Shown: positions 61,045 to 64,000 of the stretch, in pieces
Numbering within the stretch: position 1 is the stretch's first letter
How the letters are laid out: each line of letters begins with the position of its first letter
Virus record (IMG/VR): IMGVR_UViG_3300028384_001046
Coordinates: 1 to 64,000 of that record
Reading direction: 5' to 3' (one strand)
DNA from: a virus
Length of the DNA: 64,000 bases
Program-made: the position numbers and the translations under genes
The notes under the pieces: generated by a model
The model's input: the letters and a program-made list of their open reading frames with translations, nothing else
The model's database searches: none
What the model was told of the DNA's origin: nothing

Positions 61045-61367
61045 GATATAACGTGGATATAGACGGCACTATCTGTATTCCTGGAAAGGGAGAAGGTAGA
61101 TATACTGAAGCTGTACCTATCCCAGAAAGGATCGCTAAAATAAATGATCTATATATTAAAGGACATCAAATAATCTACCATACTGCTAGAGGTATGGGTA
61201 CATTTGATAATGATAGAGAAAAGGCTAAAGAAAAGTATTATGACTTCACCCTAAAACAGCTTCGCAGTTGGGGGTGTATGTTCCACGATCTTTTCCTAGG
61301 GAAACCTGCCGCCGACTATTACATTGACGACAAAGGAGTAAACTCTGATGATTTCTTCAAGACCTAG
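61041..61367 (+). CDS. HAD-superfamily phosphatase (capsule-biosynthesis type)
   Basis: DIDGT, HTARG, GKP.ADYYIDDK. Confidence 0.8.
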   Translation: MRYNVDIDGTICIPGKGEGRYTEAVPIPERIAKINDLYIKGHQIIYHTARGMGTFDNDREKAKEKYYDFTLKQLRSWGCMFHDLFLGKPAADYYIDDKGVNSDDFFKT

Positions 61368-61722
61368 AGCAGGGGAACCGATCAAATTCGTATCCAAAGG
61401 ATGGGGATATGAAAAATGGATCGTTAACTCCGAACAATATTGTGGTAAACTCCTTTTCATTGCAAAAGGAAAACAATGTTCTTGGCACTTTCATAAAAAG
61501 AAAGACGAAGTTTTCTACGTCCAAAGTGGAAAAATTAAAATCTACTATGGATGGGACGACAATATTGAGATGGCTAGTGTATCTGTCTTGGAACCAGGAG
61601 ATAAGTTTCATGTTCCTATTGGAATGAAACATAGAATGTATGGTCTTTCGGATACTGAACTATTTGAGTTTAGTACAGAACACTTTGATGAAGACAGTAA
61701 TAGAATTCAACCTGGGGATTGA
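61348..61722 (+). CDS. Cupin (sugar isomerase-like)
   Basis: KGWGYE, YCGKLL, SWHFHKKKDEVFY, H, EFST.H. Confidence 0.8.
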   Translation: MISSRPRAGEPIKFVSKGWGYEKWIVNSEQYCGKLLFIAKGKQCSWHFHKKKDEVFYVQSGKIKIYYGWDDNIEMASVSVLEPGDKFHVPIGMKHRMYGLSDTELFEFSTEHFDEDSNRIQPGD

Positions 61723-62327
61723 TGAAAGCAGAAAAGATAACTGACCTGATTGTGGTTTTGAAAAATCACATTCCAGATGATACTTGTGATGAAATACTAG
61801 AATGGTTTGAATTAAATAAACATCTACAAACAGATGGATGTGTTTATAGCACAGAAGGAGATCAAGATAAAGGTGCCAAAGTTGACAAAGATTTTAAGAA
61901 TGCTATTCAAACTCTAGTTCCTCCAGGAGCATCTATCTCAGACAAAATGACAGAGATCACCATGTCTGCCTTCAGAGAAGCTGGTTCTAGATATCCAGTT
62001 CCAGAAAATAGTATGACCTTAAATGATTATTGCGTTAGAGTATATCCCAAAGACGAAGGGATATTTAAGACTCATGTGGATCAACACGCATTTGGAACCG
62101 TAAGTAGATTATTTGCTTGCATTATGTATCTTAATGATGTTGAGATTGGTGGGGAAACTGAATTTCCAGACTGGAACATAGCAGTAAAACCAGAGAAAGG
62201 AAAAGTTTTATTGTTCCCATGCAATTATCTTTTCAAACATAAAGGCAATGTTCCTATCTCAAACGAAAAATATATTGCTACAAACTTCATTAACTTTATG
62301 ATGCAAGATATTCCTCTAGTGTCTTGA
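61722..62327 (+). CDS. 2OG-Fe(II) oxygenase, prolyl-4-hydroxylase-like
   Basis: HVD, YLNDV..GGETEF, LLFP..H.G..P..KY. Confidence 0.85.
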   Translation: MKAEKITDLIVVLKNHIPDDTCDEILEWFELNKHLQTDGCVYSTEGDQDKGAKVDKDFKNAIQTLVPPGASISDKMTEITMSAFREAGSRYPVPENSMTLNDYCVRVYPKDEGIFKTHVDQHAFGTVSRLFACIMYLNDVEIGGETEFPDWNIAVKPEKGKVLLFPCNYLFKHKGNVPISNEKYIATNFINFMMQDIPLVS

Positions 62328-63099
62328 GTCTATAATTCAACCATTCCATATCTGCACAGGTGTAGTCTTGATACTTACCTTTCAGATGATCAGGGAAAGG
62401 AATCATTTCGATTTCTCCCCCTTCTTTTTTAGCAATTAACTCTGCAACTCTCTGGAATGACATTGGTTTACCAGTTCCGATGTCATAGATTCCACTAGGA
62501 GCATCATTATTCATGACAATATTGACTATATCATCTACACATACAAAGTCTCGATAAAACTTATCGGATCCTTCAAATAATTTTAGTTTTCCTGTCTCTT
62601 TAATCTGTTTAGTAAACTTTGAAACGGGACTTGCTTGATCTCCCTTATGGTCTTCACCAGTTCCATATACATTAAAATATCTAAATCCTTGGATACTCTC
62701 AAACCGATCTAGATTGTCCAATACGTAATAATCTATGATTAGTTTTGAAATTGCATATTGATTTAAGGGATTTATTTTTCTACATTCTTTTGTTTGATTG
62801 CCATACACAGATGCTGAAGACGCATACTTAATAGGAATCTTGTGTTCTATCGCATGAGAGAAGAGATGAGCAGTAAAGGTTTGGTTGTAGTGGGAGATCT
62901 TCATCCAGTTTTTTTCTGTAGTGGATGAGATTGCTCCATTATGAATGATTAGATCTACATTTTCCCAACCATTGAATTTAGCCATGAAATCCCATGCATT
63001 ATCCATATCAATACCGATAACGTCACGTTCTGCTTCATTTTCAAGATATTTTAAAAAGTGGGATCCAATGAATCCCTTATAACCAGTAAGTAAGATCAT
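62296..63099 (-). CDS. hldD: ADP-L-glycero-D-manno-heptose-6-epimerase-like
   Basis: TGYKGFIGS, GAISSTT, YASSASVYG, PLNQYAISK, FRYFNVYG..E.HKG..AS, RDFV, KYQ.YT.AD. Confidence 0.85.
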   Translation of the reverse strand: MILLTGYKGFIGSHFLKYLENEAERDVIGIDMDNAWDFMAKFNGWENVDLIIHNGAISSTTEKNWMKISHYNQTFTAHLFSHAIEHKIPIKYASSASVYGNQTKECRKINPLNQYAISKLIIDYYVLDNLDRFESIQGFRYFNVYGTGEDHKGDQASPVSKFTKQIKETGKLKLFEGSDKFYRDFVCVDDIVNIVMNNDAPSGIYDIGTGKPMSFQRVAELIAKKEGGEIEMIPFPDHLKGKYQDYTCADMEWLNYRLKTLEEYLAS

Positions 63100-63806
63100 C
63101 AGTATATTATCCTTGGAATAGGTAGAAATATTGATTGAGCGAGTCTATACACCTGTTGATCAAAGTGACCTGGATGTTGATATACACCATGAAGAAAATT
63201 ATCTGGATATACAATCAATCTATTGTATTTCATTTCTGCTAAGTGAACAAGTTCCCAAGGACCAACACTATCTCTTACAATATCTTCGTTCCAGATTCCA
63301 GATTGGTTTACATCAACACAACTCATTCCCTTATAAGTATAAAATCCAGTGCCACCATGACATTCTTCTGGCGTGTTTAAATAAATTACACCTGCCCAAC
63401 CCCTAACTAAATTTTTACTATCTATAGGAGAATCTACGTGTGGAATAAGTACTTGATCTGATGCAGTTACATTTACCGAGAATGTAAGTTGTTTGCATCC
63501 AAAGACAAATCGTTCTTCTTCTTCTTTTGACAATCCATAAACTGATTTGGCTATGTCAATCCAGATTGGAACTAAATGATCAAGATCAAAATTTGCACTA
63601 ACTCTACCACCTGGAACTGCTCCACAAATTCTTCGATTAAAAGTTGGAGGAATTCTTAGAGCCAAATCTCGAACCTGATCGGGATTTTTATAGAAGTTAT
63701 CGATGTATACGATTGGTTTTTCTTCCCACCCCATTAACTCTACTCTTGCATCCAATTCATCATTGATTGCAAAGACTTCGGATTCATTTATAAAGTACTT
63801 TTTCAT
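63099..63806 (-). CDS. DUF6445-like 2OG-Fe(II) oxygenase, paralog of 54525..55157
   Basis: IDNFYKNPDQVR, PHVD, IYLNTPEECHGGT, MKYNRLIVY..H, RL.Q. Confidence 0.75.
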   Translation of the reverse strand: MKKYFINESEVFAINDELDARVELMGWEEKPIVYIDNFYKNPDQVRDLALRIPPTFNRRICGAVPGGRVSANFDLDHLVPIWIDIAKSVYGLSKEEEERFVFGCKQLTFSVNVTASDQVLIPHVDSPIDSKNLVRGWAGVIYLNTPEECHGGTGFYTYKGMSCVDVNQSGIWNEDIVRDSVGPWELVHLAEMKYNRLIVYPDNFLHGVYQHPGHFDQQVYRLAQSIFLPIPRIIY

Positions 63807-63844
63807 GAGACATAAATATGTTGAGAACCCTATTATTATTAGGA

Positions 63845-64000
63845 ATGGCTAAGCCCTCCAGCAGAGAAGAATTGAAGCAATATTGCCTCAGGAAACTTGG
63901 AAAGCCAGTATTGGAAGTTAACGTTGATGATGATCAAATCGAAGATCTGATTGACGATGCAATCCAATTATACCATGAAAGACATGGAGAGGGGATAGAT
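63845..64000 (+). CDS. gp13: Neck protein gp13 (5' part, runs off window)
   Basis: MAKPSSREELKQYCLRKLGKPVLEVNVDDDQIEDLIDDAIQ; CATAAATA late-like promoter at 63811. Confidence 0.9.
   Translation, partial: MAKPSSREELKQYCLRKLGKPVLEVNVDDDQIEDLIDDAIQLYHERHGEGID

Noticed and set aside
1-64000. tRNA/rRNA genes and the many short minus-strand ORFs in the track
   Set aside because: No cloverleaf with a T-loop motif spotted in intergenic gaps; the minus ORFs are antisense shadows of long plus-strand genes.

Overview
64 kb from a T4-like cyanomyovirus (Kyanoviridae-type, probably infecting marine Synechococcus or Prochlorococcus), almost all on the + strand. 1-540: 3' part of an NAD-dependent sugar epimerase. 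~0.55-5.9 kb: early region of tiny ORFs behind repeated promoter cassettes, then a mostly non-coding switch region with divergent sigma70-type promoters. ~6-9 kb: small conserved cyanophage genes, including a 2OG-Fe(II) oxygenase and a GT-A-like protein. 9.3-51 kb: late baseplate/tail module (gp25, a frame-broken gp6, a gp7-like giant apparently split in two around a gp9/10-like gene, gp8, a VrlC-like protein, virion proteins, a large tail fibre). 51-54.5 kb: three paralogous Gly/Cys-rich (25-28 Cys) adhesin-like proteins and a tail-assembly chaperone. 54.5-63.8 kb: a compact modification cluster (GT9 heptosyltransferase-like enzyme, split HldE kinase and nucleotidyltransferase, HldD, HAD phosphatase, cupin, one full and one N-domain-only carbamoyltransferase, four 2OG-Fe(II) oxygenases), followed by the start of neck gene gp13. 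The best candidate for a new system is a phage-encoded (carbamoyl-)heptosylation/hydroxylation pathway next to the Cys-rich fibre-tip genes. All family calls are motif recognition by eye, not database searches.
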